A DNA stretch of 64,000 nt from Gammaproteobacteria bacterium (GTDB lineage Bacteria > Pseudomonadota > Gammaproteobacteria > JBCCGL01). Where the stretch lies: the NCBI GenBank assembly GCA_965277715.1, contig OZ255836.1, forward strand, positions 1,152,001-1,216,000, read 5' to 3'. The position numbers and the translations under genes are program-made. Positions 39,607 to 49,085 of this stretch are shown piece after piece. Position 1 is the first letter of the stretch. Each line of letters begins with the position of its first letter. Under the pieces are notes generated by a model. That model saw only the letters and a program-made list of their open reading frames with translations, did not search any database and was not told where the DNA came from.

Positions 39607-41409
39607 TCAATAAACGCGGGTCTTTGGCGGTATAACGTCACATTCATCCGTCAGGGTATACATATGCACGGGCCGGTAATCGAAGGTCACATCCGCATTT
39701 TGGTCAACCCAGGTCAATGTATGCTTCATCCAGTTGTTATCGTCGCGTTCGCTGAAATCTTCACGGGCATGGCCACCACGGCTCTCCTTGCGATTATCGG
39801 CACCGCGAATAATCGTCTGTGCCTGTATCAATAGATTTTCCAGTTCAAGCGTTTCGACCAGATCGGTATTCCAAACCAGGCCACGGTCAGAGACGCTGAC
39901 ATCGGCAAACGAGGAGACCACCTCGTCCATCTTGCCAATGCCCTCCTGCATCGATTCACCCGTGCGAAAAACAGCGGCGTGCTGCTGCATAGTGCGCTGC
40001 ATTTTGTCGCGAATACTGGCTGTCGATGTAGCGCCACTGGCGTTGCGCAGCTTGTCAAAATTGGCCAGTGACCGCTCGACACCCTCGGTGGTAATTGTTT
40101 TGTGCGGCGCGCCTTTTTCGACCACCTGTGCGGCGCGCATCGCGGCGGCACGGCCAAACACGACAATATCGAGCAGTGAATTTGAACCCAGGCGGTTGGC
40201 ACCGTGAACCGACACACACGCCGCCTCGCCAATCGCCATCAGGCCCGGCACAACCGTATCGGGGTCGCCATCCTGTAGTGTCACCACTTCCCCCTGGTAG
40301 TTGGTGGGAATGCCCCCCATGTTGTAATGCACGGTGGGAATCACCGGAATCGGTTGTTTGCTGACATCGACACCGGCAAAAATTTTCGCCGACTCGGAAA
40401 TACCGGGCAAACGCTCGTTAATCACTTCGCTGCCCAGGTGTTCAAGGTGTAAATGAATATGGTCTTTTTGTGGCCCCACACCGCGACCGGCGTTGATTTC
40501 CATGGTCATTGAACGGCTGACAACATCGCGTGAAGCCAGGTCTTTGGCGTTGGGTGCGTAGCGCTCCATAAAGCGCTCGCCCTCAGCGTTGGTCAGGTAT
40601 CCCCCCTCACCCCGCACCCCTTCGGTGATCAATACACCGGCACCGTAAATGCCGGTTGGGTGGAACTGTACAAACTCCATATCCTGCAATGGCAGGCCCG
40701 CACGCAATACCATGGCATTGCCATCGCCCGTACAGGTGTGCGCTGATGTGGCAGAAAAATAGGCGCGACCACACCCCCCCGTTGCCAGTACCACTGTATG
40801 GGCGCGGAACCGATGCAACGCCCCTGTGGCGAGATCCCATGCCAACACCCCCCGGCACACCCCTTCATCCATGATCAGATCGATAGCAAAGTATTCAATA
40901 AAGAACTCGGCATTATGTTTAAGCGACTGCTGGTATAGAGTGTGCAAAATCGCGTGGCCGGTACGATCCGCCGCCGCGCAGGTTCGCTGCGCAGTGCCCT
41001 CACCAAAATTGGTGGTCATACCGCCAAAGGGTCGCTGGTAGATTTTGCCGTCTTCGGTGCGCGAGAATGGCACCCCATAGTGCTCCAGCTCAATCACCGC
41101 AGGCCCCGCTTCGCGGCACATGTATTCGATAGCATCCTGGTCACCCAGCCAGTCTGAACCTTTAATCGTGTCATACATATGCCACTGCCAACTGTCCGGC
41201 CCCATATTGCCAAGCGAGGCACTCATCCCTCCCTGCGCCGCCACTGTGTGGCTGCGGGTTGGGAATACCTTGGTAATGCACGCCGTCGAAAGACCTTCCG
41301 CCGCCATCCCCAGTGCGGCGCGCAAACCCGCGCCCCCTGCCCCAACGATAACCACATCATAACTGTGGTCGACCAGCTTATATTTATCGAGCATGTTTTC
41401 CACCGACAT
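39607..41409 (-). CDS. sdhA: Succinate dehydrogenase flavoprotein subunit
   Basis: [27 protein letters not shown]. Confidence 0.97.
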   Translation of the reverse strand: MSVENMLDKYKLVDHSYDVVIVGAGGAGLRAALGMAAEGLSTACITKVFPTRSHTVAAQGGMSASLGNMGPDSWQWHMYDTIKGSDWLGDQDAIEYMCREAGPAVIELEHYGVPFSRTEDGKIYQRPFGGMTTNFGEGTAQRTCAAADRTGHAILHTLYQQSLKHNAEFFIEYFAIDLIMDEGVCRGVLAWDLATGALHRFRAHTVVLATGGCGRAYFSATSAHTCTGDGNAMVLRAGLPLQDMEFVQFHPTGIYGAGVLITEGVRGEGGYLTNAEGERFMERYAPNAKDLASRDVVSRSMTMEINAGRGVGPQKDHIHLHLEHLGSEVINERLPGISESAKIFAGVDVSKQPIPVIPTVHYNMGGIPTNYQGEVVTLQDGDPDTVVPGLMAIGEAACVSVHGANRLGSNSLLDIVVFGRAAAMRAAQVVEKGAPHKTITTEGVERSLANFDKLRNASGATSTASIRDKMQRTMQQHAAVFRTGESMQEGIGKMDEVVSSFADVSVSDRGLVWNTDLVETLELENLLIQAQTIIRGADNRKESRGGHAREDFSERDDNNWMKHTLTWVDQNADVTFDYRPVHMYTLTDECDVIPPKTRVY

Positions 41410-41412
41410 AAA

Positions 41413-41802
41413 TCAGACTCCAATGGCAATTTTTAGTACTGAAATCACACCGACCACAGCAAAAAACAAACATAAAAAACTCACCACGACAATGCCCGTA
41501 GTGCGCAACCAATGGGTCGAAACATAATCTTCGATAACCACCTGTAAACCGAGCTGTGCGTGATAAAACATGGCGCCGATCAACAAAATCAAACAGACCG
41601 ATACCAATGGCGACCCCACCCAGGTGATAAAAGCCGCGTGATTGGCTTGCGGTAACGCGGCGGCACACAGGGCCAGCGATACAACCAATGGCAACATCAG
41701 CAGGGCTGTCAGGCGCTGGCGCCACCAGTGGCTAACCCCCTCTTTGGCAGACCCAAGCCCTTTGGCCTTCGACAGCGGTGTTCTTAAATCGGATTCAGAC
41801 AT
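41413..41802 (-). CDS. sdhD: Succinate dehydrogenase membrane anchor
   Basis: GLGSAKEG, HWWRQR, H...GLQVVIEDY. Confidence 0.93.
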   Translation of the reverse strand: MSESDLRTPLSKAKGLGSAKEGVSHWWRQRLTALLMLPLVVSLALCAAALPQANHAAFITWVGSPLVSVCLILLIGAMFYHAQLGLQVVIEDYVSTHWLRTTGIVVVSFLCLFFAVVGVISVLKIAIGV

Positions 41803-41806
41803 GGTA

Positions 41807-42196
41807 TTACCCCGCGTTCAACGCAATCAACCAGGTGATCGCTGTTAACAATATCGCACCGACAATCACCAGTTTGGCCGTGAGATCGGCGGTATCCAGC
41901 TCAAACCCCCAGCCAATATCCCAAAAGAAATGGCGCACACCGTTGCACAAATGGAAATACAGGGCAAAGGAAAAGCCCATCAAAAATAATTTGCCATACC
42001 AGGTGAGCAGATGGGCGTGCACCGCCTGGTAACACTCGGCACTATTTGCCGCAGCGGCCAACAACAGCACCAGCAGAACCGCACCGATACTCAATACGGT
42101 GCCACTGGCGCGGTGGCTTATCGAAATCAGCGCAGTGAGCGGTAGACGGTAGACTTGCAGATGGGGGGAGAGCGGGTGTTTGGGGTTATTTGTCAT
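41807..42196 (-). CDS. sdhC: Succinate dehydrogenase cytochrome b556 subunit
   Basis: PLSPHLQVY, SISHRASG, HLCNGVRH..WD. Confidence 0.93.
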   Translation of the reverse strand: MTNNPKHPLSPHLQVYRLPLTALISISHRASGTVLSIGAVLLVLLLAAAANSAECYQAVHAHLLTWYGKLFLMGFSFALYFHLCNGVRHFFWDIGWGFELDTADLTAKLVIVGAILLTAITWLIALNAG

Positions 42197-42240
42197 CGGG
42201 TGTTTCACCAGTTATTGATCAAATTCAGTCAACGTTTTTA

Positions 42241-42423
42241 TTAAAAATCAATGCAGCGGCCATTTTTTTCCCAATCGCCATAGCGGGTGGGTTCTCTGCC
42301 TTTCGGGCCGCCGTATTCAGTGGCGGTTAACTTATCAGTGAGGTTGTAATCAGATGGGGTGTCGGCATCGGTCATTGACGACGGTTCGGGGCTGGCGGTG
42401 GGGTTTTTATTTTGTTCAGTCAT
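42241..42423 (-). CDS. DUF1674 / SDHAF4-like assembly factor
   Basis: GGPKGREPTRYGDWEKNGRCIDF motif. Confidence 0.9.
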   Translation of the reverse strand: MTEQNKNPTASPEPSSMTDADTPSDYNLTDKLTATEYGGPKGREPTRYGDWEKNGRCIDF

Positions 42424-42658
42424 ACGCTTTCTTCTGAAGAATGCCCACAAGTACTCGTTAGCTATCTATTATCGCCTAAAAAAGGCGTTGTTTGATAATT
42501 TTTTCAGAACGCCCAAGTATTGCGTGGAAAATTACCGGCCAATGTACTGACACCGATTCACGCTTCAACTAAAATCCCCGTCTGGTTTTATTGGTTTCAC
42601 CGCCAATACCTGCCCTGCCTACTCAGCCATACGGCTGTCGCGTACTTAGAGATTATCG

Positions 42659-43612
42659 ATGACACAAAACGTTTCGCCAAAAGCCCAGATCACCCGCCTC
42701 GATCACTACGGCATCATCCGTGGATCAGGTGAACAGGTGAGTACTTTTTTGCAGGGACAGTTCGGCAACGACCTCACACAAGTCGATGCGCAGCACCACC
42801 AGCTCAACTGCTACTCCAATCCAAAAGGGCGTCTGCTCGCTGTGTTTCGGGTATTCGCCGACCGGGATCAATACTACCTGCGGATGCCAAAGGGTATTGT
42901 CGGGGCAACGCTGAACCGTCTGCGGCTATTCGTGTTAATGGCAAAGGTAACACTTGACGATGTCAGCAATAACTATACCGGGCTTGGCGTTTGTGGTGAT
43001 GAGGCGGAAAACGTGATTACCCGTGTGCTGGGCAGTGCCCCCACCGCTATCAACACCTTGCGCACGGTTGATGGTGTCAGTATTTTGCGCGTCCCCGGTA
43101 TTCAAGATCGTTTTGAAATATATGCCGGGCGCCAACAGATCCAATCACTCCAGGACGAGCTGGCGAATCACTGTGAAAGCATTGGCGAAGACGCGTGGAT
43201 GTTAGGGGAAATCACGGCGGGAATCCCCGCTATCTTCACCGAAACACGTGAAGAGTTCGTCGCCCAGATGCTTAACCTCCAGCTTATCGACGCGCTGAGT
43301 TTTAAAAAGGGCTGTTACCCTGGTCAGGAAATTGTTGCGCGTATGCACTACCTGGGTAAGCTCAAGCGCAGGATGTACCTCGCCACACTGGATACCGATA
43401 CCGCACCACCGCCCGGTGCAGAGGTAATCAGCGGTGATAACAGCGCCACAGCGGGCAAAGTGGTGGATGCACGTGCAGTGGCAGGTCAGGCGACACAGGC
43501 ACTCGTGGTACTGACGATTGCCAGCGCCGAGGCAGACAATTTACACCTGGGCACAGTCGATGGCCCAAAAGTGACACTGCAACCCCTACCGTACGCCTTT
43601 ACTTGCGATTAA
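42659..43612 (+). CDS. ygfZ: Folate-binding Fe-S repair protein YgfZ
   Basis: FLQGQ and KGCYPGQE signature. Confidence 0.93.
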   Translation: MTQNVSPKAQITRLDHYGIIRGSGEQVSTFLQGQFGNDLTQVDAQHHQLNCYSNPKGRLLAVFRVFADRDQYYLRMPKGIVGATLNRLRLFVLMAKVTLDDVSNNYTGLGVCGDEAENVITRVLGSAPTAINTLRTVDGVSILRVPGIQDRFEIYAGRQQIQSLQDELANHCESIGEDAWMLGEITAGIPAIFTETREEFVAQMLNLQLIDALSFKKGCYPGQEIVARMHYLGKLKRRMYLATLDTDTAPPPGAEVISGDNSATAGKVVDARAVAGQATQALVVLTIASAEADNLHLGTVDGPKVTLQPLPYAFTCD

Positions 43613-43635
43613 GAGAACGCTTCGAGTAACCCAAC

Positions 43636-44124
43636 ATGACATTAAAAACAGCCGATCTATGCGACCAATACGACAGTGAAATACAGGTTGTCGAGCCTCT
43701 ACTCTCCGATTTTGGTGGCGAAATCGAATTTTCAGGCGAAATCCACACGGTTAAGGTTTTCGAGGACAATTCACTAATACGCACAGCCCTCGAATCACCG
43801 GGCCACGGAAAAGTGTTGGTCGTCGATGGCGCCGGTTCACTTCGCTGCGCGCTGGTGGGAGGCAATATGGGGGCTATTGGCGAGCAAAATGGCTGGTCTG
43901 GTATCGTTGTGTATGGCTGTATCCGAGATTGCGGGGAAATTGCCGATCAAGGTATCGGCGTTAAGGCACTCGCCACCCACCCACGTCGAAGCGTGAAAAA
44001 AGGCATCGGCGAGGACAGCGTGACCGTGCAGTTTGGCGGCGTTACCTTTCGCCCCGGCGATTACCTGTACGCAGACGAGGACGGCATCATTGTCAGCCCG
44101 CGAAAGTTGACCGGCAACGCGTGA
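43636..44124 (+). CDS. rraA: RraA family protein (HMG aldolase-like)
   Basis: TADLCD, FEDNS, VLVVDG, IRD, ADEDG. Confidence 0.9.
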   Translation: MTLKTADLCDQYDSEIQVVEPLLSDFGGEIEFSGEIHTVKVFEDNSLIRTALESPGHGKVLVVDGAGSLRCALVGGNMGAIGEQNGWSGIVVYGCIRDCGEIADQGIGVKALATHPRRSVKKGIGEDSVTVQFGGVTFRPGDYLYADEDGIIVSPRKLTGNA

Positions 44125-44441
44125 TAAAGGTCTACGAAGTCGAAAATATCGTCGATGCACAACTGATTTGCGATTACCTGCGCAGCGATGACATCGACGC
44201 GCAGGTGCACGGTAGCTACCTCAGCGGCGCCGCTGGCGAACTGCCAGTGGGGACAACGCTGAGCATCTGGATACGCGAACCGCTGTATAAACTGCGCGCC
44301 CTTGAACTCATTGGTGGGTTTGAGGCCGAGCGCAAAAAAGCCCCCCGCGATACACAGTGCCAACACTGCGGCGAACAGGTAGAGGGCAACTACGCGCTGT
44401 GCTGGCAATGCGGCAAACCGTTGCCAGAACCGCCGTCATAG
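44121..44441 (+). CDS. DUF2007-like protein with C-terminal zinc ribbon
   Basis: LSGAAGELP; CxxC...CWQC. Confidence 0.75.
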   Translation: MIKVYEVENIVDAQLICDYLRSDDIDAQVHGSYLSGAAGELPVGTTLSIWIREPLYKLRALELIGGFEAERKKAPRDTQCQHCGEQVEGNYALCWQCGKPLPEPPS

Positions 44442-44546
44442 CGCTTACCTCGTCCTACTCCGACAACAAATATGCTTCAAGGAACTGGCGATGACGCCGC
44501 TAGTTCAAATGAACCTCACGAACAGATGACTGACTCAAAGCCATTG

Positions 44547-44571
44547 AACCTAAGTTCCGCAGTTGAATCGT
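44547..44571. repeat. 25-bp dispersed repeat, copy 1
   Basis: AACCTAAGTTCCGCAGTTGAATCGT, identical at 57703-57727. Confidence 0.85.
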
Positions 44572-44635
44572 AGCGAGGGCGTCTAAGGTGCTGAATCTGA
44601 TGAGGTATTGTAGGCACGCTACGTGCTTATAAAAT

Positions 44636-44683
44636 CTAGACTCCATCTATTTACTTTTATGCAAGTTAATACATGGGGTCTAG
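44636..44683. repeat. 48-bp REP-like palindrome, copy 1
   Basis: CTAGACTCCAT...ATGGGGTCTAG; its reverse complement aligns without gaps to 63371-63418. Confidence 0.75.
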
Positions 44684-44717
44684 CGTTATTTCCTGAATAA
44701 GCCAGGAGGGAAGCGAG

Positions 44718-46259
44718 ATGATATATGCAAACAGACGATATGCTGGATCATTAATCGGCACAGCACTGCTAACCGGCGGCTTGCTGACCGTGCTCTTTTT
44801 CCACTTCACCCAACCCCGCAGTGTCGATACCGAGGCAATGCGCGATGTATCCGTCTCAATTCGCACCATTTCGCATGTCAGTACCGACTCGTATGGCGAT
44901 ACCGTGTGGGCGCCCAGTACGGGCTCGGGGTTTTTAGTGTCAAATGAAACCTGTGAGGTGTGGACCAATCACCACGTTATCGACGGTGCCGCTGTGGTCG
45001 AGGTTTTTCCCCGTGGTTGGCAACAGTCTCATGGCATACCCGCCAGGGTGATTAATTCGACCCCGCAGATGGATGTCGCCATCCTGGAAATGGATCATTG
45101 CGAAGGCATGCCTGCGGCAAAACTGGGTGATTCCAGGCAGGTCGTCACGGGCGACGAGACATTTGTTGTAGGCAATCCATTTGGCCGTAACCCGGATTCA
45201 GTAAGCCGGGGCATTATCTCGCACACCGAGCGCTACCTGGCGGCGCCCGCCGCCTACTTCCAGACCGATGCGGCAATCAACCCCGGCAACTCCGGGGGTG
45301 CTCTGTTTGATCGCAACGGCGTTGCCATTGGCCTGACAACCGCCATCGCCAACAATAAATCGGGTAGTAACGTCGGTATCGGCTATGCCTTGCCGGTGAA
45401 CGACGTGATCCAGGTTGTGGCTAAATTGCGCGCCGGGCCACCGAGCTGGGGTGACGCCGGGCTGGACGGCGCACTCGCGGCCCTCACCGCAGAGGAAGCG
45501 GCTATTTTCAACGTACCCGGCGGGGGTGCGGCGGTTAGCGTTATGCGCTCACCAGCGGAAGGCCCCAGCGCCAACCTGCTCGTTGCCCGGGATGTGATTT
45601 ACCGGATAGACCAGCAAACGTTCACCAATCCGGCCCATGCGCACAGAATCATTGGCCGCAAAAGCCCTGGGGATAAAATCGATTTCTCACTGATTCGCAA
45701 CGGTGACTTAAAAACGGTAACAGTCACCCTGGCCGATGGCTGGGACAAGCGCAAGCAGACCACGCAAACAGCGGAAACCTACCAAGGGGTATTGGGTATG
45801 GAGCTGGAAATGTGGGAGGATGACAACAGCTTTCGCGGTCAGTACAGCTCGCCGGTGATAACCAGGATTCATAGTCTAGGCCCCGCTCATCGTGGTTACA
45901 TCACCAGCTCGCAGTCATCCATAGCCCGGCGTGGCCCGGTTATCACACCGATTCAGCTCAACGTTAGAACAGTAACCGGCACGGTGTTGAAGGGCCGGTA
46001 TCAGGCTGTATCGGATATTTCCAGTTTGAATGCGATAGCGGAAGAGGCCCATCAACTGGAAAGCCCGCTTTTATTGGAAATTGAAAGCTGGGGGCGCAAC
46101 CCCGCCGATATCAACGAACCGCTGCACCACAGCACCACAGCGTTTTACCGGATCATGCCCACCCTCAGCCCTGACCAGATCGATATAGACGAGCAGGCTG
46201 ATGATCTACCCGACACCTGGCACGCCGGCCATGAACAGAATGCATCGCACCGTTTGTGA
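44718..46259 (+). CDS. HtrA/S1C serine protease with PDZ domain
   Basis: N-terminal TM, GSGF, TNHHV, TDAAINPGNSGG, PDZ-like region. Confidence 0.88.
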   Translation: MIYANRRYAGSLIGTALLTGGLLTVLFFHFTQPRSVDTEAMRDVSVSIRTISHVSTDSYGDTVWAPSTGSGFLVSNETCEVWTNHHVIDGAAVVEVFPRGWQQSHGIPARVINSTPQMDVAILEMDHCEGMPAAKLGDSRQVVTGDETFVVGNPFGRNPDSVSRGIISHTERYLAAPAAYFQTDAAINPGNSGGALFDRNGVAIGLTTAIANNKSGSNVGIGYALPVNDVIQVVAKLRAGPPSWGDAGLDGALAALTAEEAAIFNVPGGGAAVSVMRSPAEGPSANLLVARDVIYRIDQQTFTNPAHAHRIIGRKSPGDKIDFSLIRNGDLKTVTVTLADGWDKRKQTTQTAETYQGVLGMELEMWEDDNSFRGQYSSPVITRIHSLGPAHRGYITSSQSSIARRGPVITPIQLNVRTVTGTVLKGRYQAVSDISSLNAIAEEAHQLESPLLLEIESWGRNPADINEPLHHSTTAFYRIMPTLSPDQIDIDEQADDLPDTWHAGHEQNASHRL

Positions 46260-46273
46260 TGTATGCAAATGGC

Positions 46274-47770
46274 TTAGGCAGAGTGGTGCTCAGGCCGCAT
46301 ATGGGGAAACAAAATCACATCGCGAATCGACGCTGAATCGGTAAAAAACATCACTAAGCGATCGATACCAATACCGCCACCCGAATTGGGTGGCAAACCA
46401 TATTCCAAGGCGCGGATATAGTCTGCGTCAAAATACATCGCCTCATCATCACCGGCATCCTTTTGCTCCACCTGCTCGCGAAAGCGCATTACCTGATCTT
46501 CTGCATCGTTTAACTCAGAAAACCCATTGGCAATCTCCCGGCCCCCAATAAACAGTTCAAACCGCTCGGTAACATCGGGGTTATCATCACTGCGGCGCGA
46601 CAGCGGTGATACCTCAGTGGGGTATTCGGTAATAAATGTCGGGTGGCGCAGCTTATCCTCAACCAGAACATCGAACAGCTCCATCTGGATTTTACCCAGG
46701 CCGTGCTCGGCTTTAACTTCAATATTGTGTTGCTCCGCCAGGGCTTTCGCCGCTTCGCGGGTAGCGAGATCATCGGCTGATATATTCGGGGCATAATGCA
46801 GAATAGATTCAATCAGCGGCAGACGGTCAAATGGCCTGCCAAAATCCAGCGCCTCGCCCTGGTAACTGATTTCAGTCGTGCCCAATACCGACTGCGCCAT
46901 ACTGCGGATCATGTCTTCGGTCATATCCATATAACCGTGGTAATCGACGTATGCCTCGTTGTATTCGAGCATCGTAAACTCGGGGTTATGCCGGGTAGAT
47001 AACCCCTCGTTGCGAAAGATGCGGTTTAACTCGTAGACCTTATCGAGACCACCGACCAGGCAACGCTTAATCGGCAGCTCCTGGGCAATGCGCAAATACA
47101 AATCCATATCCAGCGCGTTGTGGTGGGTGATAAAGGGCTTTGCCGCCGCACCACCGGGAATCACCTGCATCATCGGTGATTCAATTTCCAGGTAACCCCG
47201 CTGATCCAAAAAGCGGCGAAGGTAGGCAATCATCGCGGCACGAATGCGAAAGGTACGGCGCGTATCGTCATTGATAATAAGATCGACATAACGCTGCCGA
47301 TAGCGCTGCTCCTGATCGGTGAGGCCATGCCACTTCTCCGGCAGCGGGCGCAGCGACTTCGTCAACAGGCGCAAACGGGACACACGCACCGACAGCTCAC
47401 CGGTTTTAGTGATAAACAGCGTACCCTCGGCACCGAGAATATCGCCGACATCCATCTGCTTAAAATCCTGATAGGCATCGACACCCAGCGCATCGCGTTG
47501 CAAAAACAGTTGAATACGGGCGCTGGAATCCTGGATTTTGCAAAAGCTCGCCTTGCCCATCACACGCTTGACCAACATACGCCCGGCGACACTGACCTCG
47601 ACCGTATTGTCGTCAAAATAGGCCGGGTCTTTTTCCGCATAACCGGACAACAGATCGGCCGCCTCCTGCTTGCGCCGAAAGTCATTCGGGAAAGGGTTAC
47701 CGCGTTCGCGCAGGGCACTGAGCTTTTCCCGGCGCTGGGCAATTAATGTATTTTCGTCTTGGTCTGACAT
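46274..47770 (-). CDS. lysS: Lysine--tRNA ligase (class II)
   Basis: [27 protein letters not shown]. Confidence 0.97.
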   Translation of the reverse strand: MSDQDENTLIAQRREKLSALRERGNPFPNDFRRKQEAADLLSGYAEKDPAYFDDNTVEVSVAGRMLVKRVMGKASFCKIQDSSARIQLFLQRDALGVDAYQDFKQMDVGDILGAEGTLFITKTGELSVRVSRLRLLTKSLRPLPEKWHGLTDQEQRYRQRYVDLIINDDTRRTFRIRAAMIAYLRRFLDQRGYLEIESPMMQVIPGGAAAKPFITHHNALDMDLYLRIAQELPIKRCLVGGLDKVYELNRIFRNEGLSTRHNPEFTMLEYNEAYVDYHGYMDMTEDMIRSMAQSVLGTTEISYQGEALDFGRPFDRLPLIESILHYAPNISADDLATREAAKALAEQHNIEVKAEHGLGKIQMELFDVLVEDKLRHPTFITEYPTEVSPLSRRSDDNPDVTERFELFIGGREIANGFSELNDAEDQVMRFREQVEQKDAGDDEAMYFDADYIRALEYGLPPNSGGGIGIDRLVMFFTDSASIRDVILFPHMRPEHHSA

Positions 47771-47777
47771 GATTAAC

Positions 47778-48876
47778 CTATAAACCTGATTTCAAACTGG
47801 CTTCAATAAAGGGATCGAGCGCGCCATCGAGCACCGCCTGGGTATTGCCGGTCTCCACGCCGGTGCGCAAGTCTTTGATCCGTGCGGCATCGAGCACATA
47901 CGAGCGAATCTGGCTGCCCCAGCCAATATCTGACTTGCTCTCCTCCAGCGCCTGCTGATCGCCCATCTGCTTCATCTTCTCCATTTCATAAAGCCTGGAT
48001 TTGAGTTGCTTCATCGCCGTCGCTTTATTTTTGTGCTGGGACCGATCATTCTGACACTGCACCACAATACCGCTCGGGGCGTGGGTGATGCGCACCGCCG
48101 ATTCGGTGCGGTTGACGTGCTGCCCACCGGCACCACTGGCGCGGTAGACATCAATGCGCAAATCGGCGGGGTTAATGTCTATATCGATATTATCGTCGAC
48201 CTCTGGCGAGGCAAACACCGCCGCAAATGACGTGTGCCGCCGACTGCCCGAGTCAAAAGGGGATTTGCGCACCAGCCGGTGCACCCCCGTTTCAGTCCGC
48301 AGCCAACCAAAGGCATAGTCGCCGACATAGCGCACCGTGGCACTCTTAATACCCGCCACATCACCGGGGGATGCTTCGATAATCTCCGTTTTAAACCCAT
48401 GCTGCTCACCCCAGCGCAGGTACATCCGCAGCAGCATCTCCGCCCAATCCTGCGCCTCGGTGCCACCAGAGCCGGACTGAATATCCAGAAACGCATTACT
48501 GGCATCCTGCTCGCCGGAAAACATACGCTGAAACTCCAGCTCGACAACCCGCGCCTCGCACGCCGCGACATCCTCCGCCACCGAGGCCAGCGTCGCCTCA
48601 TCCTCTTCTTCACGGGCGAGTGCAATCAGCTCAAACCCATCATCCAGCCCTGTTGAAATCTCATCCAGCCCCTCGACCACCGTGGCCAACATCGCCCGTT
48701 CCCTGCCCAGCGCCTGGGCCTGCTCGGGGTTATTCCATATCGTTGGGTTTTCCAGCTCCCTCAATACCTCTTCGAGGCGCTCTTTGCGGCCAGCGTAGTC
48801 AAAGATACCCCCTAAGGGAGCCAACACGCGCCCGCAAGTCATCGATTTGATAGGTTAATGGGTTGGTTTCCAACAT
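47778..48876 (-). CDS. prfB: Peptide chain release factor 2 (programmed +1 frameshift)
   Basis: ATG 48876 MLETNP...; AGGGGG-TAT-CTT-TGA-C at 48813-48798; SPF and GGQ motifs. Confidence 0.96.
48798..48813 (-). promoter_or_regulatory. prfB autoregulatory frameshift cassette
   Basis: Internal SD AGGGGG, then TAT CTT TGA C. Confidence 0.95.
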
Positions 48877-48962
48877 GCTGTGCTCTGCGCAAAAAGAGCG
48901 GTATGGTACACCATTGTGGGGTGGGTATTACACAACGCTGTTTGATAATATATTGGCATATA

Positions 48963-48997
48963 GTAACTTTTGGTTGCATTGTTAAACCAAAAGTTAC
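48963..48997. repeat. Perfect 13-9-13 inverted repeat
   Basis: GTAACTTTTGGTT-gcattgtta-AACCAAAAGTTAC between the prfB start and the WD40 gene stop. Confidence 0.8.
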
Positions 48998-49085
48998 ATT
49001 TCAATATTGCCACTGTATTTCCCTTTGGTGACGCGTCTGTATAGTGAAGCTTCAGCGCCTTTGAAACGCTAACGAGCGCCCGTAA

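Noticed and set aside
44441-44448. GCGCTTAC as the missing right end of the IS66
   Set aside because: Only 8 bp match, it lies in core sequence 17 kb away, and I saw no target duplication.
48798-48876. prfB apparent frameshift as a pseudogene or novelty
   Set aside because: This is the canonical RF2 programmed +1 frameshift; the ORF-track start at 48842 is an artefact.
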